A stretch of DNA of 64,000 bases. Origin: a virus. The DNA is taken from IMG/VR virus record IMGVR_UViG_3300027754_003462; one strand, 5' to 3'. The notes under the pieces are model-generated. The model worked only from the letters and a program-made list of their open reading frames with translations, ran no database searches and was not told where the DNA came from. This document shows positions 9,399 through 18,732 of the stretch, one piece after another; position 1 is the first letter of the stretch, and every line of letters begins with the position of its first letter. A program made the position numbers and the translations under genes.

Positions 9399-11714
9399 TT
9401 AAAGTTTACAGGCTTCGCAGTCTTCCTCAAGATCAAAATCAATGATTTCAAGAGGAGCCGCTTCAGCAGTTTGTTTACTACCTGCTTTGTTGATCAGGCT
9501 GTAGTAGAATGTTTTCAATCCCCAGTAGTGTGCCTGCATTAAGTTCTTGGCAATTAATGTGGTTGGTACCTTACGGTCAGCAAAGTGTGCTGGGTTATAG
9601 AATGTGTTGGTACTGATGCTTTGATCAACATAGGCCGCTAACACGGCCGCTGTTTTCAAATAACCATCACAGTCTTTCTGCGCCCACATCATTTGATACT
9701 TGTTCTTGAGTTTGTGATACTCAGGCACAACTTGTGTAAGGGAACCTGCTTTGCTTTCCTTAACGGAAATAAGACTCATGGGCATTTCAATACCATTGGT
9801 TGAGTTGATCACAACACTGGATGATTCAACCGGTGCAATGGCCATCAGTGTGGCATTGCGTACACCATATGATCTCATTTCAGCACGTAGGCCTTCCCAG
9901 TTCAGTTCAGGTGTAAAGTCGGCGAGTTCGTTGACCCCGGCGCTACGTCTCTCCCAAGGAAAGACACCTTTACCGTACCAGGTGCGGTCCGAATCTTTGC
10001 AACGGCCGCGTTCCTTTGCCAGTTCAACCGTAGCCTCTGTAAGGTAGTAGGCCTGATGTTCCATCCAAGATTTAACCTCTCCAAGAGCATCTTTGTTACC
10101 ATATTGGAGTCCGCGCTTGGCATGCCAGTAAGCAAGGTTAGTAATGCCGATACCAAGCGGCTGAATTTCGTCATTCGAAAGTTGCGATTGGATCGAGAGG
10201 AAATCTTGGTAGTCAAGAATGTTACACAGCGAGCGTTGCAAAATGCGACAAGCGCGACGCATATCCTCAGGATTACGGAACGCTCCCCAGTTAATGGACC
10301 CAAGAGTGCATAAAGCAATGCGCCCATCAGCGTCGTCCAGTCGTTTGAATGGTTTAGTTGGGAGGAGAATTTCACAGCAAAGGTTACTCTGGTAAATGGT
10401 ATGATATTCAGTGTCAAAGGGTCCTTGATTCTGAACATTGTCAATGAACACTAGATAGATACGACCTGTGTCCGTACGCTCTTTGAGTATGCCTGACTTG
10501 AACACTTCTTCTGCACTCATGACCTTGGTACGTAGGTCCTTGCGCTTTTCGTATTCAACATACAGTTTCTCAAAGCGTTCAGTGTTGGCATAGAACGCTT
10601 CGTACAGTTCGGGTACCTGGTTGGGATCAAAGAAAGTTATGTTTTCTTTGTTCTTGAATCGTCTCCAGAAAAATGCGGAAAGTACAACCCCATAGTCCAT
10701 GTGCCGGACTCGGGTTTCTTCTGTGCCTTGATTGTTTTTAAGCACAATAAGATCATCAAACTGAAGATGCCAAATAGGATAGAATACAGTAGCACTTGCA
10801 TTACGGATACCTCCTTGTGAGCATGAGCGTAAGTCACCAAACCATTTCTTCAAGAAAGGTATCATACCTGTATGCATAATCTCACCACCTCTGATGGGAC
10901 TGCCTAATGGACGTAAGCGTCCAATCTCTAGACCAATGCCAGCACGTTTGCTGGCATACTTGGCCATCATCTCACCACTAGCAAAAATACTATCCAGGTC
11001 ATCATCACTGCGAATGAGTACGCACGAACTGAATTGCTTAGTAGGGGTACCGAGACCAGCAAGGACGGGAGTAGCAAGGGTAAATAATCCATCACTTGCG
11101 GCATTGTAGTATTCCTTTATATAACGCATACGGGCTGTGTTGGGTTCTTCCTTGTGGAACACTGTGGCAGCCGCAATCATGTAACGCACTTGTGGCGTTT
11201 CATAAATCTCTTTTGTTGAGCGATTACGCACAAGATATTTTTCAATCAGTTGTTCCACTGCGGCATATGAATATTGTTCGTCTTTAACATGGTCGATCAT
11301 GTCTTCCATCTTGTTCCAGTCGTCTTCACTGTACCATTCCAACAGTTCACTAGTGTAAAGTCCTGTTTCTACATTTTTCTTTACGATTTCATACAGGTGA
11401 GGAGGATCGTATGATCCATACACATCCTTACGCAACATAGATAGTCGTTGCTTACCTGCCACATACTGATAGTTAGTGTGACCAACGTCAGGGTTTGATT
11501 CTACGTCAATCAAGTCCACAATAGCACGTAGTGTGATACCGTCAATTTCGTTTGTTGTGATACCATCATAAAAATGTAACTGGGCTTTGATCTCTATCAT
11601 GCTCTGACTTACATCTGCTATACCTGCACAAACCTTGGCTATTTGTGCTTGCCATTTTTCCAACGCCAGTGGCTCGCGACGTCCACTACGTTTTTGTACT
11701 ATAATTTGCTTCAT
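9399..11714 (-). CDS. nrdA: ribonucleotide reductase class Ia alpha subunit
   Basis: N-terminal ATP cone, QFSSCVL, SNLCCEI, CTLG, GLKTFYY, C-terminal CEACKL. Confidence 0.97.
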   Translation of the reverse strand: MKQIIVQKRSGRREPLALEKWQAQIAKVCAGIADVSQSMIEIKAQLHFYDGITTNEIDGITLRAIVDLIDVESNPDVGHTNYQYVAGKQRLSMLRKDVYGSYDPPHLYEIVKKNVETGLYTSELLEWYSEDDWNKMEDMIDHVKDEQYSYAAVEQLIEKYLVRNRSTKEIYETPQVRYMIAAATVFHKEEPNTARMRYIKEYYNAASDGLFTLATPVLAGLGTPTKQFSSCVLIRSDDDLDSIFASGEMMAKYASKRAGIGLEIGRLRPLGSPIRGGEIMHTGMIPFLKKWFGDLRSCSQGGIRNASATVFYPIWHLQFDDLIVLKNNQGTEETRVRHMDYGVVLSAFFWRRFKNKENITFFDPNQVPELYEAFYANTERFEKLYVEYEKRKDLRTKVMSAEEVFKSGILKERTDTGRIYLVFIDNVQNQGPFDTEYHTIYQSNLCCEILLPTKPFKRLDDADGRIALCTLGSINWGAFRNPEDMRRACRILQRSLCNILDYQDFLSIQSQLSNDEIQPLGIGITNLAYWHAKRGLQYGNKDALGEVKSWMEHQAYYLTEATVELAKERGRCKDSDRTWYGKGVFPWERRSAGVNELADFTPELNWEGLRAEMRSYGVRNATLMAIAPVESSSVVINSTNGIEMPMSLISVKESKAGSLTQVVPEYHKLKNKYQMMWAQKDCDGYLKTAAVLAAYVDQSISTNTFYNPAHFADRKVPTTLIAKNLMQAHYWGLKTFYYSLINKAGSKQTAEAAPLEIIDFDLEEDCEACKL

Positions 11715-11716
11715 CT

Positions 11717-12142
11717 TTACCTAATTTGTTGTTGTATTTGCTCTTGCGTAATGCTGTGGTGGGTTTTGAAATGCCCTAGAGTGATATTTAACATCTGCTC
11801 CGGATCCCAATTCAGTATATATTTCTTTTTGTTCACTAGGACTAAATTGTCGCTATCTACCTCGGCCAACACAGCATCCTGCAGATCTGGTCGATCTAGC
11901 ATAGTTATAGTATACAGTATTCCCAGCCCGCGAGCAAGAGGACAATAGAGATCGTCGCTCAATAATTGCCAAGGATCGGGCCAAAGCAGTCGATCGTCCC
12001 AGTGCAAATGGTATGCTCGCCAGGGAGTTTGAAACCACCATGAGTTGATGGCAGCAAGTGCTGTTTCTGCATCAGCAGTGGAGGCTTGAGTACGGAGTTG
12101 TGCCCAACTCTCAAGCCTTTCGGCAAAAGTTTTAGGCCACAT
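11717..12142 (-). CDS. hypothetical protein, degenerate transglutaminase-like cysteine proteinase (BTLCP/LapG-like)
   Basis: INSWW...W..WPDPWQLL....YC...ILYT resembles the BTLCP VN.FFN...YWATP.E.L...GDCED...YFTL pattern. Confidence 0.45.
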   Translation of the reverse strand: MWPKTFAERLESWAQLRTQASTADAETALAAINSWWFQTPWRAYHLHWDDRLLWPDPWQLLSDDLYCPLARGLGILYTITMLDRPDLQDAVLAEVDSDNLVLVNKKKYILNWDPEQMLNITLGHFKTHHSITQEQIQQQIR

Positions 12143-13926
12143 TAGGCTAGTTTTGTGACTGAATAGTTAATAGTGCCAGAGTTGGTAGTGATATACCTCC
12201 AACTTATCACACCAGTAGATACGTTCTCGATCACACTAAAAGTGACACCTGTTGCAGAATTTTCTATACCAGAGTCACTTGATGCCAGAGCGCCGGTTGA
12301 ATCAGATGTGCTACGTACAATAGTATATGTGCCAGTTCTAACTGCATTATTGCCGTCGGTTATGATAGTGTAATCAATCTTGACTGCGGCAATATAGTTT
12401 GCGTCAAAAGTAAACAAGGTCTGAACACTGCCAGACACAGTTAAGTTATCTTGTATGCCTGCTACTCGCTGATATGTCCCCAGAGTCAACTGATTGGCAA
12501 AGTTATAAGGAGTACCACCACCATCCGAATTGTCTTGATAAAATGTGATGTTGCTCACATTCATGCCCAGTGCCACACCATTGACATTGTTCAGTTTAAT
12601 TCTTGGATGAATTACTCCATTTGAATACTGTGTGGTGCGCTCAAACATGTCGCCTACACTCACATTGTTTGTTCCGTCAATATCAATTACTGGAGTAGAA
12701 GGGTTGTCGGTTCCCAAGAAATGATTGCCCACATCATAAAACATATTGTATGCCGAACAATTGAGTCCCACGTTTACAATTGATATACCTGCATCATAGA
12801 TATTGTCAAAGTTGTTTTGTACTATACGGAACCCAGTTGGTCCCACCGCCGGTGCTGAACTATTGCCTAAGTAAACGCCTTGATATAGAGTATCAAAAGA
12901 ACAGTTGCTGAAGGTAACGCCTTCTATTTGTTCATCGGTATTGGTACCCCAGGTCATGCCGGTGAATGTGCCATGATTCCATTCTATATTACTACACACA
13001 TAACTGGCTGTGGTATCAAATCTCACACAAGCACTACCACTTGCGGTGTTGATCAAGGAACCTGCTGTTTCAGGACCGGCAACGTTGACACTTTGAAATG
13101 AGCAGTCTTGAGCGGCTTGCACAAGACCGCCGTCATGAACCATGTTGGTCATGAACTTCATGTTGGAAACTTCAAAACTTCCTGGCTGCAAAGCACCGTT
13201 GGATCCAATGTTAGCTCCGGTTTGTTGTAGACTGTCGGCGGTTCTAAAAATGTAAGGAGGTAATGTAGTAGCAGTCCAATACGCTGTGTTAGATATGGTA
13301 GTGCCAACCGGAACCAAGGCCGTGCTTCGATAATAACTGCCACCATTCTTTACCAACACACCACTGGCATAGGCCACACTGCTGGCCCAGGTCTGAACAT
13401 AAAAATAAATGATTGTGCTTTCGGGTCCATCACCATACAAGTTACAATAAGGAGGTATGTTCAGTGTGTCACTGATTATGTAGGTACCAGCAGGAAAATA
13501 TAAACTGCGACGTATTTGAGTGTTGACTTGGCGGCAATACAGTTGGTATAACGCATTGTTGATGTTGGCAGTGACATCTGTCACTCCGTCACCGGTGGCC
13601 CCAAAATCTGTGATCACTGCAAGGCTATCCAGTCTGGACTGTAGGCTCTGACTCACCGGAGTACTTGCTGTGAGGCCTGTTTGTGCAACATAATTGGCAG
13701 ATTCACCTCGGTAGGTGTATTCTGTGGAGTAACTCAAAATATCGCTGAATTCGGTTAACACCTCAGTGTTGCCCACAACAGGTGCACCTTCTTGAGTGGT
13801 GCCGTTGCCGATGTAGAGTCTGCGGGTGTCTGTTGCCCAGCCAAGTTCTGCGCCGGCCAACGGATTCGGTAGGTCAATGGCTAGACCTTTGCGTTGAGTT
13901 ATTCTTGAGATTTGTACAATTGCCAC
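12142..13926 (-). CDS. tailspike/tail fibre with pectate-lyase-like beta-helix
   Basis: N-terminal ELGWATDTRRLYIGNG anchor; DFGATGDGVTD and LYFPAGTYII beta-helix cap; N/G/S-rich repeats. Confidence 0.75.
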   Translation of the reverse strand: MAIVQISRITQRKGLAIDLPNPLAGAELGWATDTRRLYIGNGTTQEGAPVVGNTEVLTEFSDILSYSTEYTYRGESANYVAQTGLTASTPVSQSLQSRLDSLAVITDFGATGDGVTDVTANINNALYQLYCRQVNTQIRRSLYFPAGTYIISDTLNIPPYCNLYGDGPESTIIYFYVQTWASSVAYASGVLVKNGGSYYRSTALVPVGTTISNTAYWTATTLPPYIFRTADSLQQTGANIGSNGALQPGSFEVSNMKFMTNMVHDGGLVQAAQDCSFQSVNVAGPETAGSLINTASGSACVRFDTTASYVCSNIEWNHGTFTGMTWGTNTDEQIEGVTFSNCSFDTLYQGVYLGNSSAPAVGPTGFRIVQNNFDNIYDAGISIVNVGLNCSAYNMFYDVGNHFLGTDNPSTPVIDIDGTNNVSVGDMFERTTQYSNGVIHPRIKLNNVNGVALGMNVSNITFYQDNSDGGGTPYNFANQLTLGTYQRVAGIQDNLTVSGSVQTLFTFDANYIAAVKIDYTIITDGNNAVRTGTYTIVRSTSDSTGALASSDSGIENSATGVTFSVIENVSTGVISWRYITTNSGTINYSVTKLA

Positions 13927-13945
13927 AGTAATAGTCCTTGCGATA

Positions 13946-14662
13946 TTACATATTTAGCATGTAGTACTGTTCGACCTTTTTCCACCACATGTCCCGATAA
14001 CGATCATATTCGGCGCCTTCCAGCACAAATTCCTGGTAAACTGGCCGGCCTATGATGTTATGCTGTTCATCCAAGTCAGGTTTTACGCACATCAAAATCA
14101 CGCCTTTGCGTATCCGTGTTCCATGCAATTCGTTGTGTGCTTCTGCATAGGCACACAGTTGCACAAAATAATCATCAATCCATTCACGCTTTTTGGGCTT
14201 ATTGGTTTGTTTATAGTCTAATATGGCTTCTTCATTTAGATGAATGCCAGCACCATCTGTTGTGCCTGCATATACGCTGGGGAAATATAGCGGAACTTCA
14301 ATGCCCCAAAATTCATTTACATTGGCAAGTCCTTGATCAATTACCACATCCGCCATTGCGTGACTGGGCCACGAGAAAGGATTTGATCCACGTTCTTTTC
14401 GCTCGCCTGTTTTGACATAGTGTTCAAGATACGTATGCATACGTGTGCCGCGGTTGGCAGCTTCGGTTGTGATTTGCTGGGCTTTTTCTGCGCCCACACG
14501 TCGTCGCCATTGGTTCAGTGCTTCAACTTTTTCCGGGGGTTTTGTTTTGTCTAGTATTGTGGTTACACTTGGCAAGTTATTGCCGTCTGGGGTGGCATAG
14601 TAACGCCGGCCCTCTATTGTGACTCGGGGAATGGGCTGGTAATCAAATTTTGGATTATACAT
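13946..14662 (-). CDS. PD-(D/E)xK exonuclease
   Basis: PSVTTIL, RGTRMH, E...YAGTTD...ILDYKQT...Q..AYA motifs. Confidence 0.88.
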   Translation of the reverse strand: MYNPKFDYQPIPRVTIEGRRYYATPDGNNLPSVTTILDKTKPPEKVEALNQWRRRVGAEKAQQITTEAANRGTRMHTYLEHYVKTGERKERGSNPFSWPSHAMADVVIDQGLANVNEFWGIEVPLYFPSVYAGTTDGAGIHLNEEAILDYKQTNKPKKREWIDDYFVQLCAYAEAHNELHGTRIRKGVILMCVKPDLDEQHNIIGRPVYQEFVLEGAEYDRYRDMWWKKVEQYYMLNM

Positions 14663-14673
14663 AATTATAGTCA

Positions 14674-14702
14674 ATTATATACTATTATAGTCCAACTGTC
14701 AA
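14674..14702 (-). promoter_or_regulatory. consensus sigma70 promoter TTGACA-N17-TATAAT
   Basis: Perfect consensus directly upstream of the exonuclease. Confidence 0.85.
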
Positions 14703-15026
14703 CTATATTCGAAAACTTTCTCCGCAACCGCAACGGTCACGTTCATTGGGGTTGGAGAATTCAAAGCCTTCGTTAAGGCCCTGGCGCACATAATCTACTG
14801 TCATGTTTTGAAGATACACATTGTCTTTTTGATTCACCAGCACCACAAACTCTGGCTGTGCATAATTGATAACATACTGTTCCGATGTGTATTCCTTGAC
14901 ATACTCTAACACATAAGCAAGCCCGGAGCAACCTGTGGTCTTGACCCCAAGGCGAATACCAGCATAGTTTTTGGCTGTGACTAACTTTTGTATTTTATTT
15001 CGAGCGGTATCACTGAACGAGATCAT
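14703..15026 (-). CDS. iscA: A-type Fe-S carrier protein (IscA/HesB)
   Basis: GVKTTGCSGLAY and NPN....CGCGESF. Confidence 0.95.
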   Translation of the reverse strand: MISFSDTARNKIQKLVTAKNYAGIRLGVKTTGCSGLAYVLEYVKEYTSEQYVINYAQPEFVVLVNQKDNVYLQNMTVDYVRQGLNEGFEFSNPNERDRCGCGESFRI

Positions 15027-15393
15027 GCTTTTTGCGATAGTCTGCTACCGCGGCTTTGATGGCGTCTTCGGCAAGGATTGAGCAGTGGATTTTGACTGGG
15101 GGGAGAGCAAGTTCTTCAGCAATTTGGCTATTTCGTATGGATCCTGCTTCTTCAAGTGTTCGACCTTTGACCCATTCCGTAACGAGGCTAGAACTCGCGA
15201 TTGCGCTTCCGCATCCGTATGTTTTGAATCTTGCATCTGTAATAATTCCATCTGTTACTTTTATCTGTAACTTCATAACGTCACCGCAAGCAGGCGCACC
15301 AACCATGCCGGTGCCAACGGTATCGTCAATTTCAAATTTACCCACGTTGCGTGGATTTTCGTAGTGATCGATCAACTGCGGTGAATAGGCCAT
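15010..15393 (-). CDS. iscU: Fe-S cluster scaffold IscU
   Basis: DHYENPRNVG, APACGDVM, FKTYGCGSAIAS, LPPVKIHCS. Confidence 0.96.
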   Translation of the reverse strand: MAYSPQLIDHYENPRNVGKFEIDDTVGTGMVGAPACGDVMKLQIKVTDGIITDARFKTYGCGSAIASSSLVTEWVKGRTLEEAGSIRNSQIAEELALPPVKIHCSILAEDAIKAAVADYRKKHDLVQ

Positions 15394-15408
15394 ATAATTT
15401 TTCCAATT

Positions 15409-15699
15409 TTAATTAAATCTCGCGATCCAGAAAGTTGCACCTTCGGGACCATACTTTTCACTGTGCCACACATGACTGTCGTACCCAAAGCTGTCGCCTT
15501 TGGTCAAGTGTCTTGTGACTCCTTCAATACTTAGCCACATTTCGCCCTGAGCCACATGTGCTTTGGCTCCGAATGGGTGTTGGTGATTACCAGACTCATG
15601 ATTGGCCTCCCACTCTCGAACCAACACTTCGTTAGCACCTTGGCCCAGTGCCCACTCTTGAAATTCGTCAAATGTTAGTTCTATGTCTAGGTCTGCCAT
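15409..15699 (-). CDS. cupin-domain protein
   Basis: HQHPF....V..GEM...GDSF......HSEKYGPEGA. Confidence 0.8.
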   Translation of the reverse strand: MADLDIELTFDEFQEWALGQGANEVLVREWEANHESGNHQHPFGAKAHVAQGEMWLSIEGVTRHLTKGDSFGYDSHVWHSEKYGPEGATFWIARFN

Positions 15700-15830
15700 T
15701 ATTGTACATCTTCCGTATGTTTATGTTTATAAGACTTTTTAAGGATCTTGAGCCATGCCTTTTTCTCTTTGACACTGTCGTGTGCAAAGATGGCAGTGTA
15801 CATCTTTTTTCTTAGTCGGCGTAGTTTCAT
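15699..15830 (-). CDS. small basic hypothetical protein (43 aa)
   Basis: Manually found; ATGA and TAATG coupling at both ends. Confidence 0.55.
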   Translation of the reverse strand: MKLRRLRKKMYTAIFAHDSVKEKKAWLKILKKSYKHKHTEDVQ

Positions 15831-16147
15831 TGTGAGCAGGTCCTTGTTCTAGTAATGGTACCATCAAAGTTTTGTACTTCGGTCCACACAGTACATTGTT
15901 GACTTTGTCCATAATAAACTGTAGCAGGTGGCACGGGATACTGTTGTACTACAACAGGCTGTTGCACAATCACCGGAGGTTGATTACGTGCAATTTCATA
16001 ACCAATCACGCCACCAATAATGGTAGGTGCTACCCAGCCGTAGTTGTATCCTGGATAGTATCCATGATGATGGTGGTGCCTAAAACCTGGTTGTGCCTGG
16101 ACTGACACACAACCAATAAGTAACATCAAAGCGATAAGTCGTTTCAT
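15827..16147 (-). CDS. secreted hypothetical protein
   Basis: Signal peptide, His/Gly/Tyr-rich stretch, GGVIG helix, Pro/Val/Gln-rich part, C-terminal Cys pair; GGAGG RBS. Confidence 0.7.
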   Translation of the reverse strand: MKRLIALMLLIGCVSVQAQPGFRHHHHHGYYPGYNYGWVAPTIIGGVIGYEIARNQPPVIVQQPVVVQQYPVPPATVYYGQSQQCTVWTEVQNFDGTITRTRTCSQ

Positions 16148-16165
16148 ATACGCCTCCTATAGTCG

Positions 16166-16194
16166 AGTATACTATATTTAACGTTTCGTGTCAA
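16166..16194 (-). promoter_or_regulatory. sigma70-like promoter TTGACA-N17-TATACT
   Basis: Heads the secreted protein/cupin/iscU/iscA run. Confidence 0.75.
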
Positions 16195-16214
16195 CCTTTG
16201 GTTGACTGGTTTGG

Positions 16215-16571
16215 TTAGACGCCGCGGTCTTTGTTCATGGCCGATTTGGCAGCCGAAGCCACAATGTCTTGTGCTTTGTTCACTGGCATGGCAACATCAG
16301 GTTGTCCTGCCCCTTTGAACATCAACACGCCTGTGTTTGGATCCATGGGTTCCAACAAGTTACTAAGAGGCTCTTGACTTACAACATCGGCTAGATTCTG
16401 GGCAGTGATGTTGATATCCAGATCATTGGCCAGTTTGATAAACGCATCTTGGCTGATTTCTTTTCGAGCATGAGTATTGTTGGCACGACCATTGAGGAAC
16501 TGCACAAGGCCTGACAGTTGTTCAGGGTCTGGCGTAGTCGCCATGCCCATGTCAACTTCGAATATTTTCAT
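16215..16571 (-). CDS. hypothetical protein (possible head-internal protein)
   Basis: 118 aa; MKIFEV N-terminus. Confidence 0.65.
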   Translation of the reverse strand: MKIFEVDMGMATTPDPEQLSGLVQFLNGRANNTHARKEISQDAFIKLANDLDINITAQNLADVVSQEPLSNLLEPMDPNTGVLMFKGAGQPDVAMPVNKAQDIVASAAKSAMNKDRGV

Positions 16572-17512
16572 TATCTCTTGGCGCGGCCTAGCGCGGCAGC
16601 AGGAGGTTCAGCACCGGCTTCGGCGGCTGCGGCATCTAATTCTGCATCAGCGCCCATCTCAGCACCCATGTCGCCTGCGGCGGCCATGTCAGCACCTGCG
16701 GCGGCCATGTCGCCTGCACCTGCGGCAATGTCAGCGCCCATAGCACCAGCGGCTGCGGCACCAGCAGGTGCTTGTCCTGTTACAACATTCAATGCGGCAT
16801 CAAGTTGTTGTTTGGCACCTTGCAGGTTTTGCACCAGTCCGGCCAATGCGGCGGTAGCATCTGAATTGAATTGTGTGGCTTGATCAATACCAACTTGATT
16901 CTTGATTGAGTCAACCAAGGCAGGCAATTCTTTGAATTGCAATTCTGTAACATCTTCCAACATGCCTTGCATCTTGTCAACCATGTCTTGTGCAGCCAAC
17001 ACCACTTGGGCTTGTTGTACTTCACTTTCGTTGAGACGATGCATTGCACGACGCAAACGGCTTTCGGCCTGCATCATTGCGGCACCGGCCACAAGTTTTT
17101 GTTCTTCGGGATTTAATTGTTGTCCGCCGGCAGATTTTTTCAATGCGGCAGCCAGTTTAGGATCCTGTGGAGGTTTTGCACCAGTAGGGGCGGCGGCACC
17201 AATTGCGCCAGGTTGTGCTGGGGCGCCAGCGGCAGCACCTGTACTGGCCACAGGTGGCAGTGTGGTTTCTTTTAGTCTGGCACTTAATGCCTGTTCCATC
17301 ATTACCAGTTGCAGGTACTTGGGATTGGTTTCACTGCGATGACGGGCGGTTGTTCCACGGTGTTCTTTTAACACGCCTTGCACCTTGACCAACATCACAC
17401 GAGTTTGATTGTGTGACAATTGATCAAAACGAATACGTGAACCAAAGTAACTTTCGAATACTTTGGCGATTTGTTTACTTGGCTTGGGAGCCGATAGTTC
17501 TTGCAGTTTCAT
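16571..17512 (-). CDS. hypothetical protein, possible prohead core/scaffold-like
   Basis: MKLQEL start, LKE/LNE motifs, Ala/Gly/Asp-rich tail; upstream CTAAATA and GAGG RBS. Confidence 0.6.
   Translation of the reverse strand: MKLQELSAPKPSKQIAKVFESYFGSRIRFDQLSHNQTRVMLVKVQGVLKEHRGTTARHRSETNPKYLQLVMMEQALSARLKETTLPPVASTGAAAGAPAQPGAIGAAAPTGAKPPQDPKLAAALKKSAGGQQLNPEEQKLVAGAAMMQAESRLRRAMHRLNESEVQQAQVVLAAQDMVDKMQGMLEDVTELQFKELPALVDSIKNQVGIDQATQFNSDATAALAGLVQNLQGAKQQLDAALNVVTGQAPAGAAAAGAMGADIAAGAGDMAAAGADMAAAGDMGAEMGADAELDAAAAEAGAEPPAAALGRAKR
16655..16745. repeat. degenerate coding tandem repeats (GADMAAA-like)
   Basis: Repeated gcggcggccatgtc(a/g)...cct units. Confidence 0.6.
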
Positions 17513-17960
17513 TATTGAATCCTCTAATCTGTAGATATTTAGCCCGATTTACACAATTTTCTAATTCTGCGTCAACGGAATTATATAGGTCTATTTTGGG
17601 TTGAATCTTCATGTTTATGATTTCATAAAAATTCTCATGGCGTCCACGTTCGCCCACTGTCTTACGACAGTATATATCCGCGGCCAGGGCCTGTTTTTTA
17701 CGGTCTAACACCAGTATTGAATTGCTTAGATTGTACTGTTGCTGATGATCAGCAGTGCACCAACTCATGGCTGATTTTTTACTGCTGAAACTGTGTATTT
17801 CTCTATCCCATGTGCTCACACAGAATCTTGAGTCTTTGGATTCAATACAGTATTTTCCAAATACCACAATGCCGCCTGCGCCATTATCTATTATGATACT
17901 ATCAATGTTGCGTTTGAGCTCACGTTCGGCCCAGGCTTCTAGTTTTTGTTCTCGGGTCAT
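17475..17960 (-). CDS. hypothetical protein
   Basis: 161 aa ORF coupled to its neighbours. Confidence 0.65.
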   Translation of the reverse strand: MTREQKLEAWAERELKRNIDSIIIDNGAGGIVVFGKYCIESKDSRFCVSTWDREIHSFSSKKSAMSWCTADHQQQYNLSNSILVLDRKKQALAADIYCRKTVGERGRHENFYEIINMKIQPKIDLYNSVDAELENCVNRAKYLQIRGFNNETARTIGSQAK

Positions 17961-18220
17961 TTTATTACATAATGGGAGATCATATATCCCAACGCCGCCA
18001 TTAGTACCCCAATGGATCCCACGGCCCAGTTGAGCAGTTGATTGTTGCGCTGATCGTTCATTTGAGTCACTGTTTCATGTATTTCTCGAGCAGTTACTTT
18101 GACAGAAGCAACGTCAGTTTCTAAATTTTCTAGTTTGAGTTCTAGGTGGCGATAACGCTCTGCACACAGTTCAACGTGCGCTTCAAGACTTTTCTTTTCA
18201 ATATCAGTTGTATCGGCCAT
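17957..18220 (-). CDS. coiled-coil protein with C-terminal TM helix
   Basis: SLEAHVELCAERY...L..LE heptads plus hydrophobic WAVGSIGVLMAALGYMI. Confidence 0.6.
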   Translation of the reverse strand: MADTTDIEKKSLEAHVELCAERYRHLELKLENLETDVASVKVTAREIHETVTQMNDQRNNQLLNWAVGSIGVLMAALGYMISHYVIK

Positions 18221-18222
18221 GA

Positions 18223-18654
18223 TTACTCCAATGCATTATTTACCGCAATGAACCAAATGTTTTGATCTTCGCCATTGGTGGTGATAGTAGGAGCCAGACT
18301 GGGTTGTTCTGTCAAGTTCAACATCATGGGTATTCCTTCACAATCAACTCTGAGTCCGGCCAAGGGATCAGGGTCTCCGTGCATTTCAAATACGCCTTCA
18401 CTTTCACTTCGGAATTCAAACTCCCATACCCCGTCCGTTTCTACAGGCACAGTAAGGTCAGCAGGCTGTGTTCGCAAACTTATAATTTGTAACAGTGTTT
18501 CCCAGTTGCGTTGTTGGTTGCGCGAATGATTCCAGTCGTGTTGATTGTGTACAGATTGCCCAGCGCGATCTACAAATGGAATTTCACTTGATCTGAAATG
18601 ACCGGTCACACCAGTGAGACTGCAATCAAAAAGAGTACGGCATATGATTTTCAT
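18223..18654 (-). CDS. hypothetical protein
   Basis: MKIICRTLFDCS...RNQQRNWETLLQIISLR; TAAATA 8 nt upstream of this ATG. Confidence 0.65.
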   Translation of the reverse strand: MKIICRTLFDCSLTGVTGHFRSSEIPFVDRAGQSVHNQHDWNHSRNQQRNWETLLQIISLRTQPADLTVPVETDGVWEFEFRSESEGVFEMHGDPDPLAGLRVDCEGIPMMLNLTEQPSLAPTITTNGEDQNIWFIAVNNALE

Positions 18655-18673
18655 TCTATGAGTATTTAATGCC

Positions 18674-18710
18674 AAAAAGAAACCCCGGAGTTTTTACGTC
18701 CGGGGTTGGT
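18674..18710 (-). terminator. rho-independent terminator
   Basis: AACCCCGGA...TCCGGGGTT stem followed by TCTTTTT on the minus strand. Confidence 0.75.
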
Positions 18711-18732
18711 TCAACTAAAAACCAGTTGGTTA

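Noticed and set aside
12142-13926. Diversity-generating retroelement target
   Set aside because: No reverse transcriptase or template/variable repeat pair was seen in the window
13946-14662. Cas4/CRISPR association of the exonuclease
   Set aside because: It lacks the four-Cys Fe-S motif and has no cas neighbours; an ordinary phage PD-(D/E)xK nuclease
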